A stretch of DNA of 33,705 nucleotides from Gemmatimonadota bacterium (GTDB lineage Bacteria; Gemmatimonadota; Gemmatimonadetes; Gemmatimonadales; GWC2-71-9), in contig JBDHDE010000028.1 in the NCBI GenBank assembly GCA_039591655.1, positions 1 to 33,705 on the forward strand. The letters are read 5' to 3'. The notes under the pieces were generated by a model, which worked only from the letters and a program-made list of their open reading frames with translations, was not told the origin of the DNA and ran no database searches. Each line of letters starts with the position of its first letter. Within the stretch, counting starts at the first letter, position 1. Made by a program: the position numbers and the translations under genes. Below are positions 1 through 9,160 of this stretch, piece by piece.

Positions 1-29
1 AAGCCCTCTGACGACGCAGTCCCCTTGCC

Positions 30-1121
30 GTGACGCCGGAGGATCTGGCGTACCTCGCCCTCGCCCTGACACCGGGCATAGGCGGGGCGCGCCTCCGCTC
101 GTTGCTGGAGACCTTCGGGGACGCCGCGGCGGTTCTCGCGGCACCGCACGCACAGCTCAATCAGGTGCGGAGGATGAGCACCGCCGCCGCGACGGCGGTG
201 CGCGATGCGTCGCTCGGGCGGGCGGAGCGTGTGGTGCAGCGCACCCGCGCCCTCGGTGGCAGGGTCCTCCTCCCTAGCGATCCCCGCTTCCCCGAGGCAC
301 TCCGTGGGATTCCCCAGGCCCCCATCGCGCTCTTCGCTCTGGGGCGGTGGGAGCTGCTCCACGCCCCGACGGTGGCCATCGTGGGGAGTCGCCACCACAC
401 GCGGTACGGCGCCGATGTCTGCCGCCACTTCGCCGGCGGCGCCGCCCAGGCAGGGCTGGTGGTGGCCAGCGGCATGGCGCGGGGGCTCGATGCCGTGGCT
501 CACGCCGCCGCGCTCGACGCCGACGGGGGGACCGTGGGTGTCCTGGGCAACGGGCTCGGCGTCGTGTACCCCACCGCCAACCGCGCCCTGTACGAGCGGG
601 TGGCCCGGGAGGGGTGCCTCCTCACGGAGTTTCCTCCGGGTGAGCGTCCCCATGCCGGCAGCTTTCCGCGGCGCAACCGGCTGATCAGCGGCCTCGCCGC
701 CTGCACCCTGGTTGTGGAAGCGGGGAGGAAGTCGGGGGCGCTCATCACCGTGGACTGCGCTCTTGAGCAGGGACGGGAAGTGCTGGCGGTTCCGGGGTCC
801 ATCACCAGCCCCCTGTCGGCGGGGTGCAACCACCTCGTGCAGATGGGCGCGAAGCCCGCTCTGGGGCTCAGGGACGTGCTGGAGGAGTACGGGCTCGAGC
901 CGGAGCCGGTGGGTCAGGCCCGGCTCCCTGCGAATCTCTCCGAGGGCGAGCAACGAGTCCTCGCCGTCCTGACGGCTGGCGCGGAGCACGTGGACGAGGT
1001 GGCCCGCAGGCTGGAGGTCGCACCGGCGGAAACGCTGTCATTGCTCACCGCGCTGGAGCTGCGCGGACTGGTGACCCAGGCGCCCGGGAAAGTGTTCCGC
1101 CCTGCGGCGGCGCTGACGTAG
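30..1121 (+). CDS. dprA: DNA-processing protein DprA
   Basis: N-terminal LALTPGIG SAM-like region; core motifs VAIVGSR, SGMARGLD, FPRRNRLISGL, VEAGRKSGALIT and AVPG; C-terminal winged helix (LTALELRGLV). GTG start. Confidence 0.96.
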   Translation: MTPEDLAYLALALTPGIGGARLRSLLETFGDAAAVLAAPHAQLNQVRRMSTAAATAVRDASLGRAERVVQRTRALGGRVLLPSDPRFPEALRGIPQAPIALFALGRWELLHAPTVAIVGSRHHTRYGADVCRHFAGGAAQAGLVVASGMARGLDAVAHAAALDADGGTVGVLGNGLGVVYPTANRALYERVAREGCLLTEFPPGERPHAGSFPRRNRLISGLAACTLVVEAGRKSGALITVDCALEQGREVLAVPGSITSPLSAGCNHLVQMGAKPALGLRDVLEEYGLEPEPVGQARLPANLSEGEQRVLAVLTAGAEHVDEVARRLEVAPAETLSLLTALELRGLVTQAPGKVFRPAAALT

Positions 1122-1145
1122 GCGGCTGCGCGCTAGCTTTCTCCT

Positions 1146-2258
1146 ATGCGCCACGTCTACGTCCACGTGCCGTTCTGCCGCCGGCGCTGCGTGTACTGCG
1201 ACTTCGCCATTGCGGTGAGGCGCGACGTGCCGGCGCAGCGCTACGTGGACGCGATTCGCCGGGAGTACGCCTACAGGACGCGCCGGGAGGGGTGGGACGA
1301 CGGTCCGCTGGAGACCCTGTACTTCGGCGGTGGGACGCCGTCCTTGCTGCCGGTGGCGCACCTGGCCGCTCTCGTCCGACATCTCGTGGAGGCGCAGCGC
1401 TCGGGTCCCGCGGCTGGGGAAATCGAGATCACCCTCGAGGCGAACCCCGACGACGTGACGGCGGCGACGGCCGCCGGTTGGGTCGCAGCGGGATTCAATC
1501 GCGTCTCCCTCGGGGTCCAGGCGTTCGACGGCGGCGTGCTCGAGTGGATGCATCGCACGCATGATCGTGCCGCATCGGTACGTGCCGTGCGGCTACTGCG
1601 CGAGGCCGGCGTCGGATCCCTCTCCCTGGACCTGATCTTCGCTCTCCCCGAGGCGCTGCCATTTGACTTCCGCACGCAGCTGGAGCAAGCCCTCCAGCTG
1701 GAGCCCGAGCACCTCTCGGTCTACGGGCTGACAGTGGAGCCACGTACCGCCCTGGCCCGGTGGGTCTCCCGGGGGGCCACGCGCGCCTGTTCGGAGGGGC
1801 GCTACGTGGAGCAGTTCCTCCTGGCGCACGAGCTCCTCACGGGGGCGGGGTTCGAGCACTACGAGGTATCCAACTACGCCCGGCCGGGGGAGCGCTCGCG
1901 GCACAACGGCATGTACTGGACGCGGCGACCCTACCTGGGGCTGGGACCGTCGGCCCACAGCTTCAAGGATGGCGAGCGGCGCTGGAACGCCGAGCCATGG
2001 GCGGCATACGAGAGAGCCATTGCTCGGGACGGGGACGCCACGGCAGACAGCGAGCGGCTGACGGAGGAGCAGGCCCGCCTGGAAGCCGTGTATCTCGGCC
2101 TGCGGACGAGCGACGGGATCTCCCGAGCTGAGCTCGGGGCCGGCCTCGGGCGGGTGGCCGAGGAGAGCCGCCGCCGCGGCTGGCTGGTGGAGGACGGGGA
2201 CCGAGTGCGGCTGAGCCCCGAAGGCTGGCTCAACCTGGATACCTTGGTGACGGCTTGA
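1146..2258 (+). CDS. hemW: Radical SAM heme chaperone HemW (HemN-like)
   Basis: YVHVPFC plus CxxxCxxC (CRRRCVYC), YFGGGTPS, EANP, RVSLGVQ, YEVSNY and HNxxYW; lies directly upstream of hrcA, as is typical. Confidence 0.93.
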   Translation: MRHVYVHVPFCRRRCVYCDFAIAVRRDVPAQRYVDAIRREYAYRTRREGWDDGPLETLYFGGGTPSLLPVAHLAALVRHLVEAQRSGPAAGEIEITLEANPDDVTAATAAGWVAAGFNRVSLGVQAFDGGVLEWMHRTHDRAASVRAVRLLREAGVGSLSLDLIFALPEALPFDFRTQLEQALQLEPEHLSVYGLTVEPRTALARWVSRGATRACSEGRYVEQFLLAHELLTGAGFEHYEVSNYARPGERSRHNGMYWTRRPYLGLGPSAHSFKDGERRWNAEPWAAYERAIARDGDATADSERLTEEQARLEAVYLGLRTSDGISRAELGAGLGRVAEESRRRGWLVEDGDRVRLSPEGWLNLDTLVTA

Positions 2259-2284
2259 CCACCTTTCATGAAGGTGGCTAAATT
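2255..2284 (+). promoter_or_regulatory. Putative sigma70-type promoter for hrcA with an internal palindrome
   Basis: TTGACC (2255-2260), 18 nt, TAAATT (2279-2284); inverted repeat CCACCTT-tcatg-AAGGTGG at 2259-2277. Confidence 0.55.
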
Positions 2285-2307
2285 CCTGAGTCATCACAAC
2301 TTGGACT

Positions 2308-3342
2308 ATGGATCACGACACACTGACCGAGCGCGAGCGGACGGTGCTCCAGGCGGTCATCCACACCTTCGTGGAGACCGCGGAGCCGGCCGGATCGCGC
2401 ACCATCGCCAAGCGCTACAACCTCGGGGTCTCGGCGGCCACGATCCGCAACACCATGAGCGACCTCGAGGAGCGGGGCTACCTCTCCCATCCGCACACTT
2501 CGGCCGGCCGGGTCCCCACCGATCAGGCCTACCGGGTGTACGTGGACAGCCTGATGGCCCGCACGCCGCCCACGCCCACGGAGGAAGACGCGATCCGCCG
2601 CGAGCTCGCCGGAGGAACGGCCATCGAGAGCTTGCTGGCGAAGGCCGCCCAGATCCTGGGCGTCGTGACCCAGGAGCTGGGGATCGCCGTGGCGCCCTCC
2701 GTAGACAACGCCCAACTGGAGCGCCTCGAGCTGGTTCAGGCCTCCAGCGAGCGGCTGCTGATGATCCTGGTGCTCCGCGGTGGGGCGGCGCGCACGATCT
2801 TCGTTGAGGTGTCGAACGAGTTGCCGCCGGACGCCCTCGCCAGCGTGCAGCTCGTGTTGAACGAACGGCTGGCCGGGCTCACGCTGCGGGAGATCCGAGC
2901 CAGTCTCAGGCAGCGGCTGCGGGACGCCTGGCCCGATCGGGAAGCGGGCCAGCTCCTCAACATCTTCATCGAGGAGGCCGATCATCTGTTCGAGATCGGC
3001 GCCGGGGAAGGAAGCGAGCTGGTACTGGGTAGCGCCCGGATGCTCGCCGATCAGCCCGAGTTCCACTCCAACGAGCAGATGCGAAGCCTCATCGAGCTGA
3101 CGGAGCGCCCTGACGTGTTGCGGCAGGCGTTGGAGGCACGACGTTCTCCGGGTGTCACCATCACCATCGGTGGTGAGAACCTCGACCCCGCCCTGAGCAA
3201 GCTGACCATCGTGACGTCCTCCTACGAGTTCGGGATCTTCGCCGGCATCCTCGGCGTGATCGGCCCCACGCGCATGCCGTATCAGAAGGTCGTGACCATG
3301 GTGGAGCACACGAGCCGCATGCTGGGCGACCTCATTCCCTGA
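2308..3342 (+). CDS. hrcA: Heat-inducible transcription repressor HrcA
   Basis: SAATIRNTMSDLEERGYLSHPHTSAGRVPT, YRVYVD and C-terminal GVIGPTRMPY. Confidence 0.97.
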   Translation: MDHDTLTERERTVLQAVIHTFVETAEPAGSRTIAKRYNLGVSAATIRNTMSDLEERGYLSHPHTSAGRVPTDQAYRVYVDSLMARTPPTPTEEDAIRRELAGGTAIESLLAKAAQILGVVTQELGIAVAPSVDNAQLERLELVQASSERLLMILVLRGGAARTIFVEVSNELPPDALASVQLVLNERLAGLTLREIRASLRQRLRDAWPDREAGQLLNIFIEEADHLFEIGAGEGSELVLGSARMLADQPEFHSNEQMRSLIELTERPDVLRQALEARRSPGVTITIGGENLDPALSKLTIVTSSYEFGIFAGILGVIGPTRMPYQKVVTMVEHTSRMLGDLIP

Positions 3343-3369
3343 CGCCCACGGAATAGTCGCACGATCTCC

Positions 3370-4521
3370 ATGGACCGAGACCTCTACGAGATCCTCGAAG
3401 TCGATCGCAGCGCCTCCGAGACGGACGTCAAGAAGGCCTACCGTCGGCTCGCCATGCAGTACCACCCCGACCGCAACGACGGGGACACGGCGGCCGAGGA
3501 AAAGTTCAAGGAGGTAACCGAGGCGTACGAGATCCTGCGCGATCCGCGGCAGCGCGCACGCTACGACCAGTTCGGCGTGGCGGGCACCCGGGGTGGCGCG
3601 CCGGGGGGTTTCGGGTTCCATCACGTGGACCTCGGTGAAGCGCTCAGCATGTTCATGCGGGAGTTCGGGGGTTTGGGGGGCTTCGACGCGATCTTTGGCG
3701 GAGGGGAGCGTGCCCGCCGGAGCCAGCGCCGCGGCCAGGACATCCGGGCGGCCGTGCGGGTCACGCTCGAAGAGGTTGCCCAGGGGGCGACCCGCACGCT
3801 GCGCCTCAAGGCTCTGGAGCGGTGTGAGCCCTGTGAAGGCAGCGGGGCGCAGCCTGGGACGACGCCGACGCCGTGTCCCACGTGTGGGGGTGCCGGGGAG
3901 GTCCGCCGGGCGTCGCAGTCGCTCTTCGGACAGTTCGTGTCGGTGGTGCCGTGTCCGACGTGCGGTGCGGAGGGCCGGGTCGTCGAGCATCCCTGTGAGC
4001 AGTGCCAGGGTGACGGCCGTGTGCGCAAAGAGCGCGAGGTCGTCGTGGAGGTGCCCCCGGGCATATCCGATCACCACTACATCACGATGCGCGGCGAAGG
4101 GGTGGCGGGACCCCGCAACGGCCCGCCTGGGGACCTCATCGTCGAGTTCGGGGTGGAGGAAGACGGCCGGTTCCAGCGCCACGGGGACGATCTGGTGTAC
4201 GACCTGCCGGTCTCGTTCAGTCAGGCGGCGCTCGGGTGCGAGGTCGCGGTGCCGACCCCCTACGGCGAGGAACAGCTAGAGGTTCCCGCCGGCGTGCAGA
4301 GTGGCACCGTGCTCACGCTGCGGGGGGCAGGGCTCCCCAACGTGAGCCATGGTCGCAAGGGCTCGCTCCATGTCCGGGTCGGCGTGTGGACCCCCACCAA
4401 GCTGAGCGCGGAGCTGCGCGCACTGTTCGAGCGATTGGCCGAGGACGAGGGGGAGCCGCCCAAGGACGAATCGCTCGGTCGTCGACTGTGGGAGAAGATG
4501 AAGGAGGCCTTCGGGACTTGA
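3370..4521 (+). CDS. dnaJ: Chaperone DnaJ
   Basis: J domain with HPD, G/F-rich region, four CxxCxGxG-type zinc motifs ([32 protein letters not shown]) and C-terminal domains. Confidence 0.97.
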   Translation: MDRDLYEILEVDRSASETDVKKAYRRLAMQYHPDRNDGDTAAEEKFKEVTEAYEILRDPRQRARYDQFGVAGTRGGAPGGFGFHHVDLGEALSMFMREFGGLGGFDAIFGGGERARRSQRRGQDIRAAVRVTLEEVAQGATRTLRLKALERCEPCEGSGAQPGTTPTPCPTCGGAGEVRRASQSLFGQFVSVVPCPTCGAEGRVVEHPCEQCQGDGRVRKEREVVVEVPPGISDHHYITMRGEGVAGPRNGPPGDLIVEFGVEEDGRFQRHGDDLVYDLPVSFSQAALGCEVAVPTPYGEEQLEVPAGVQSGTVLTLRGAGLPNVSHGRKGSLHVRVGVWTPTKLSAELRALFERLAEDEGEPPKDESLGRRLWEKMKEAFGT

Positions 4522-4525
4522 GTCC

Positions 4526-4864
4526 ATGAGCGACTGCCTATTCTGCAAGATCGTCACGGGGGAGATCCCCGCCACCAAGGTCACCGAGACCGACGAGTTC
4601 TTCGCCTTCCGCGACATCAATCCCCAGGCGCCCACCCATGTGCTGGCGATACCCAAGCGGCACGTGGCGTCACTCAACGAGGCGACGGACGGGGCGTTGC
4701 TGGGTGGACTCGTGCTGTTCGCCCGGGACATCGCCGTGGGCGAGGGTCTGGCCGACGATGGGTATCGGCTGGTGATCAATACGAATGCCGGTGCTGGACA
4801 GACGGTGTTCCACATCCACGCCCATGTGCTTGGAGGGAGGGCCATGGGGTGGCCGCCGGGGTAG
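4526..4864 (+). CDS. Histidine triad nucleotide-binding protein (HinT family)
   Basis: DCLFCKIV, FRDINPQAPTHVL and GQTVFHIHAHV (HxHxH). Confidence 0.95.
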   Translation: MSDCLFCKIVTGEIPATKVTETDEFFAFRDINPQAPTHVLAIPKRHVASLNEATDGALLGGLVLFARDIAVGEGLADDGYRLVINTNAGAGQTVFHIHAHVLGGRAMGWPPG

Positions 4865-5061
4865 CACGGAGGGGTCTTAGCGGCGTCGTTATCTGGTCGG
4901 CGGTCGCGCTTGCGGGTGACGCCGGGAGCCTCTACTTTGACAGGTCTCCGAGCAAAGCGATCCCTGTTGGCACGATACTACGAGAAGCCCATCCACCAGG
5001 AGCCTCCGCGCGGCATATGATCCGCGGAGGCTCCGGTGCGTTCGGCAAGGGGTGTAGGTGA
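4849..5061 (+). pseudogene. Possible lipoprotein gene remnant (signal peptide only) followed by a structured segment
   Basis: 70-codon ORF bridging HIT and mutS2. The first 23 aa resemble a lipoprotein signal (RR, hydrophobic core, ALAG) but Asp replaces the lipobox Cys, and the rest does not look like local coding sequence. Confidence 0.35.
4994..5038. repeat. Strong inverted repeat / hairpin
   Basis: GGAGCCTCCGCG (4999-5010) and CGCGGAGGCTCC (5023-5034) form a perfect 12-bp stem with a 12-nt loop, extended by CACC/GGTG across a 1-nt bulge. Confidence 0.8.
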
Positions 5062-7367
5062 CGAGGGTCGCCGGCACCCCTTCCTCGTTCGACCCGGTTG
5101 CGGCCTCCCACACCCTCGCCGAGCTAGAGTACGACCGTGCACTCGCGGTGGTGGCCAGGCACGCCGTTTCGGAGCTCGGATCCGAGTCGGTTCGCTCCCG
5201 CATGCCCCTGGCCGAAGCGGGTGCCGTGCGGGAGGAACTCGCCACCGTCTCCGAGTTGTCCCTGGAGCTTCACGAGCGTGGCCGCTTCGCACCGCGCCCC
5301 GTCCCCGATCTCTCCGGGATCCTAAAGACGCTGGAGACTGCCGGCGGGGTGCTCGACGGCCAGGCCCTGCGGGAGCTGGGATCGGCACTGGAGGCCATGC
5401 TGGACGTCCAGGGCCAACTGCGGACCCTCGAGGAGGACGCACCCCGAGTCGCGGCTCTGGCGACGGAAGTGCCCCCCCGGCATCTCGCGGATGGCATCGA
5501 GCGGGCTGTGGAGCCCGACGGACGGGTGAAGGACGATGCGTCGCCCCAGCTCAAGCGGGCCCGCCGGCGCCTGCGTGATACCAGGAAGCGTCTGATCGCC
5601 GAGCTGGAGCGGCGGCTGGGGCGTCTCGCGCCGCACGACCGCACGGGAGACGCCGAAGTCACGCTCCGCGGTGGCCGGTACGTGATTCCCCTGCGGCGGG
5701 AATCCCGCAGTCGCGTCCCCGGGATCGTGCACGGTGAGTCGGGCTCGGGGGCCACTCTGTTCGTCGAGCCGGCCGAGGTCGTGGAGCTCGGCAACGACCT
5801 GAATGCGTGCGAGGCCGAAGAGGCGCGTGAGACCCTGGCTGTGCTGCGGGGGCTCAGCGAAGCGGCCCGGCCCCACGCAAACCGGATCGAAGCGGGCTGG
5901 CGGATGTGCGTTGCGGCGGACGACCTGTACGCCCGGGCGCGCTATGCGCTCGCGGCCGAGTCGCATCCGCCGGAAGTCGGCTCTGCGGCGTCGCCCCTGG
6001 CGATTCGTGGCGGCTGCCATCCCCTGTTGCTCGCCGACGGCGATGCGGCGGTGCCCTTCGACCTCGTGTTGCAGGACGGCGAGACCACGGTGGTGGTGAG
6101 CGGGCCCAACGCAGGAGGCAAGACGGTGCTGCTGAAGGCCGTGGGCCTCATCAGCGCGCTGGCCCAGGCGGGCATCGTGCCGCCGGTGGGACCGGGCACG
6201 AGGTTGCCGGTGTACCGCCGCATCTTCACCGACATCGGTGACCACCAGTCCATCGACGCCAGCCTCTCCACGTTCTCGGGACACGTGGCAGCGCTCAAGG
6301 CGATCCTCATCGAGGTGGACGGTGAGGACCTCGTGTTGCTGGATGAGCTGGGGGGTGGCACCGACCCCATCGAGGGCGCCTCGCTCGCAGCGGCCGTGTT
6401 GTTGGCGCTGCATCGGCGCACACCCCGCACCATCGCGACCACCCATCTCAACCAGCTCAAGGAGCTGGCGGCGGACACAGGCGGCGTGGTGAACGCGAGC
6501 CTGGAGTTCGACGGCGAGACCCTGGCCCCGACGTACCGTCTACTGCAGGGCAAGCCCGGACGCTCCTACGGATTGGCCATCGCCCGGCGCCTGGGACTAC
6601 CGAGCGAGGTGTTGGCGCAGGCGGAGGCGCTCACCCCGGAGCATGCCCGGTCGGTGGACGCGATCCTCGAAGAGCTGGAGCGGCGTGAAGCGGCGTTGAG
6701 CCGGCGGGAAGACGAAGTCGCGGTGGAGAGCGCGCGGCTGGAGCAGTTACAGGAGACTGCGCGGGCAAAGGGGGAGGAGCTCGCCCAGCGGTCGGCGGCC
6801 CTGGAGAGCCAGGAGCGCGAGGCGGAGCGCACGGGCCGGGAGCAGGCCCGGCGATTCCTGTTGGAGGCGCGCCGCCGGGTGGAGGAGGCGCTCGGCACGG
6901 CCCGGGCCGCGGTGAATGAGGCGACGGCCAAGGAAGCGCGGCGCCTGGTGGAGCAGGGCGTGACGCAAGAGGCCGAGGCGCTGGCCAAGCTCGAGGAGGA
7001 GGCGAGCAAGAAGGGCTGGAAGGTGAGGGGAAGGGGAAAGCCCAACGTGGCAGGCTCGCCGCATGCCGCCCCATCCATACGGCGCTCCGGAAGACCGGAT
7101 GCGCACTCGGTCATCCCCGAGACGACCTCCGAGATCGACCTGCGCGGGATGCGCGCCGAGGAGGCTGAGGCCGAGGTCATCGCCGCCCTCGATGCCGCGG
7201 TCGTGGCAGACCTGCCGTTCCTGCGGATCATCCACGGTAAGGGCACCGGAGCCCTGCGGGCCGCTGTGCGGGAGTGGCTCGCCGCCGATCAGCGCGTGGC
7301 TGGCTTTGCGCTGGCCGCCCCCGAGCAGGGCGGCAGCGGCGTCACCATCGTGGAGCTCCGAGCGTGA
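5058..7367 (+). CDS. mutS2: MutS2 family ATPase with C-terminal Smr domain
   Basis: GIVHGESGSGATLFVEP, Walker A SGPNAGGKT, DIGDHQSI..SLSTFSGH, LLDELGGGTDP, coiled coil, and Smr domain (IDLRG..IIHGKGTG..GGSGVT). GTG start; the exact start is uncertain. Confidence 0.95.
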   Translation: MTRVAGTPSSFDPVAASHTLAELEYDRALAVVARHAVSELGSESVRSRMPLAEAGAVREELATVSELSLELHERGRFAPRPVPDLSGILKTLETAGGVLDGQALRELGSALEAMLDVQGQLRTLEEDAPRVAALATEVPPRHLADGIERAVEPDGRVKDDASPQLKRARRRLRDTRKRLIAELERRLGRLAPHDRTGDAEVTLRGGRYVIPLRRESRSRVPGIVHGESGSGATLFVEPAEVVELGNDLNACEAEEARETLAVLRGLSEAARPHANRIEAGWRMCVAADDLYARARYALAAESHPPEVGSAASPLAIRGGCHPLLLADGDAAVPFDLVLQDGETTVVVSGPNAGGKTVLLKAVGLISALAQAGIVPPVGPGTRLPVYRRIFTDIGDHQSIDASLSTFSGHVAALKAILIEVDGEDLVLLDELGGGTDPIEGASLAAAVLLALHRRTPRTIATTHLNQLKELAADTGGVVNASLEFDGETLAPTYRLLQGKPGRSYGLAIARRLGLPSEVLAQAEALTPEHARSVDAILEELERREAALSRREDEVAVESARLEQLQETARAKGEELAQRSAALESQEREAERTGREQARRFLLEARRRVEEALGTARAAVNEATAKEARRLVEQGVTQEAEALAKLEEEASKKGWKVRGRGKPNVAGSPHAAPSIRRSGRPDAHSVIPETTSEIDLRGMRAEEAEAEVIAALDAAVVADLPFLRIIHGKGTGALRAAVREWLAADQRVAGFALAAPEQGGSGVTIVELRA

Positions 7368-9160
7368 GCCCGATCCCCGACGATGTGATCGAGCAGGTGC
7401 GCGACAGCGCCGACATGGTCGGTCTCATCGGAGAGCACGTGGAGCTCAAGCGGACGGGAACCGACTACCGGGGTCCGTGCCCGTTCCACGGAGGCACCCA
7501 CCGCAACTTCGCCGTCATCCCGAAGAAACAGATGTTCTACTGCTTCGTGTGCCACGAAGCGGGCGACGTGTTCACCTTCTACATGAAGAAGATGGGGATG
7601 GACTACCCCACCGCGGTGCGGGAAATCGCCCGCAAGGTCGGGATCACCATCCCCGAGCGCCGCAGCACCGGGCCGGATCCGCGGGAGCCGCTGTTCTCGG
7701 CGGTGTCGGCGGCGGCGGAGTGGTACGCGCGCCGGCTGCGGGAAGGCGACGACGGACGGGCCGCCCGGCGCTACCTGGAGCAACGCTCGTTCGATCTGGA
7801 GAAGCTGGGGCCCCTGGGGCTGGGCTGGGCGCCCAAGGGTGAGGCCTTCCGTCAGGCCATGGAGAGGCTGGGCGTCAACTTGGAGGTGCAGTTGGAGGCG
7901 GGCCTGGCGGCGCGCCGCGCGGATGGCTCCGTGCGACCGCGGTTCTGGAATCGCCTCCTGTTCCCGATCCACGATCTCCGAGGCAGGGTGGTGGGCTTCG
8001 GCGGGCGGGTGCTGGGCGACGGTGAGCCCAAGTACCTCAACTCGCCGGATACCCCGATCTTCCACAAGGGATCACTGCTGTACAACCTGCATGACGCCAA
8101 GCACGCGATCCGCAAGAACGAGCGGGCGGTGGTCGTCGAGGGTTACTTCGACGTCCTGCGCATGCTGGAGTCGGGAATCGAAGAGTCGGTGGCGCCCCTC
8201 GGCACGGCGCTCACCGTGGAACAGGCCCAACTCCTGAAGCGCTACACCCAGAGTGTGGTGCTGCTGTACGACAACGACGCCGCCGGTCTGAGGGCGAGCT
8301 TTCGCGGGGCCGACGTACTGCTTCAGGTGGGCCTGCGGGTGACCATCGCGACCCTCCCGCCGGGCAAGGATCCCGACGCCCTGGCGCTCGAGGGCGGGCC
8401 CGATGCGGTGCGTGGCGTGGTGGACGACGCCCTCGACGTGTTCGAGCGCAAGCTGCAGCTCCTGGAACGCAAGGGCTGGCTGGGCTCGCTGGCGGGTCGG
8501 CGCCGAGCCCTGGACCGCCTGCTCCCCACGCTCAGGGCCGCGAGCGACGCCGTGACACGGGATCTCTACGTGAGCCGTACCGCTGAGGCGCTGGGTGTCT
8601 CGCGGGAGTCGGTCATGCAGGAGCTTGCGCGGGTCCGGCGACCGGCAGCGGTTGCCGGGCCTGGGACCGCCCGCGGAGAGCGGGGCGGTGAGGCGGCGCG
8701 ACCGCGACGGGAAGGCCAATCGGAGCGCGCGCTGCTCCGCGTCATGGTGCACGAGCCCGCGTGGCGGGAGCGCGTCGCCGAGCGGCTGGAAGACACGGAG
8801 CTCCCCGCGGGGCCGAGTCGCACGCTGTTGGAGGTGCTGGCCGACGCCGGGCCGAAGGTGTCGGGCGGCGAGTTGCTGGAACAGGTCGATGGGGAGGCCC
8901 GCAGTCTCCTGGTGGAGCTGCTGGCGGAGCCGTGGGGACAACTCAACGTGGATGCCATCGTCGACGGGGCTCTGAAGAAGATCGAGAGCCGATCGCTGGT
9001 GGCGCGGCTGCGGGCGATCGACCGGGAGATCACGGTGGCGGGTGAGAAAGAGAAGATGGAGTTGGCTCGCGAGAAGGAGTCGCTGAGCCGCCGCATCGCA
9101 GGATTGGATCCGGGATACTGGAACGTCATCAGGAGAAGGAGGAGTGGCAGTGCACGCTGA
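7364..9160 (+). CDS. dnaG: DNA primase
   Basis: CHC2 zinc finger (CPFH...CFVC), GFGGR, PKYLNSPDT, TOPRIM VVEGYFD / YDNDAAG and KDPD. Start placed at GTG 7364, in a GTGA overlap with the mutS2 stop, not the ORF-track start at 7274. Confidence 0.96.
   Translation: MSPIPDDVIEQVRDSADMVGLIGEHVELKRTGTDYRGPCPFHGGTHRNFAVIPKKQMFYCFVCHEAGDVFTFYMKKMGMDYPTAVREIARKVGITIPERRSTGPDPREPLFSAVSAAAEWYARRLREGDDGRAARRYLEQRSFDLEKLGPLGLGWAPKGEAFRQAMERLGVNLEVQLEAGLAARRADGSVRPRFWNRLLFPIHDLRGRVVGFGGRVLGDGEPKYLNSPDTPIFHKGSLLYNLHDAKHAIRKNERAVVVEGYFDVLRMLESGIEESVAPLGTALTVEQAQLLKRYTQSVVLLYDNDAAGLRASFRGADVLLQVGLRVTIATLPPGKDPDALALEGGPDAVRGVVDDALDVFERKLQLLERKGWLGSLAGRRRALDRLLPTLRAASDAVTRDLYVSRTAEALGVSRESVMQELARVRRPAAVAGPGTARGERGGEAARPRREGQSERALLRVMVHEPAWRERVAERLEDTELPAGPSRTLLEVLADAGPKVSGGELLEQVDGEARSLLVELLAEPWGQLNVDAIVDGALKKIESRSLVARLRAIDREITVAGEKEKMELAREKESLSRRIAGLDPGYWNVIRRRRSGSAR

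Noticed and set aside
2278..4182. 634-aa minus-strand ORF, and similar long ones (16583-18064, 19530-20882, 20837-22225, 24421-25671, 28885-30633)
   Set aside because: Antisense shadows of well-supported + strand genes, expected with GC-rich codon bias; no recognisable motifs.
4934..4948. ACTTTGACAGGTCTC as an IS terminal inverted repeat
   Set aside because: Vague resemblance only; I found no partner repeat or transposase in the window.
7274..7363. N-terminal extensions in the ORF track for dnaG, recJ, PP2C, MBL hydrolase, pheT, folD, xseA and nadK
   Set aside because: They are alternative-frame read-backs into the upstream gene; recognisable protein motifs begin at the coupled starts listed.
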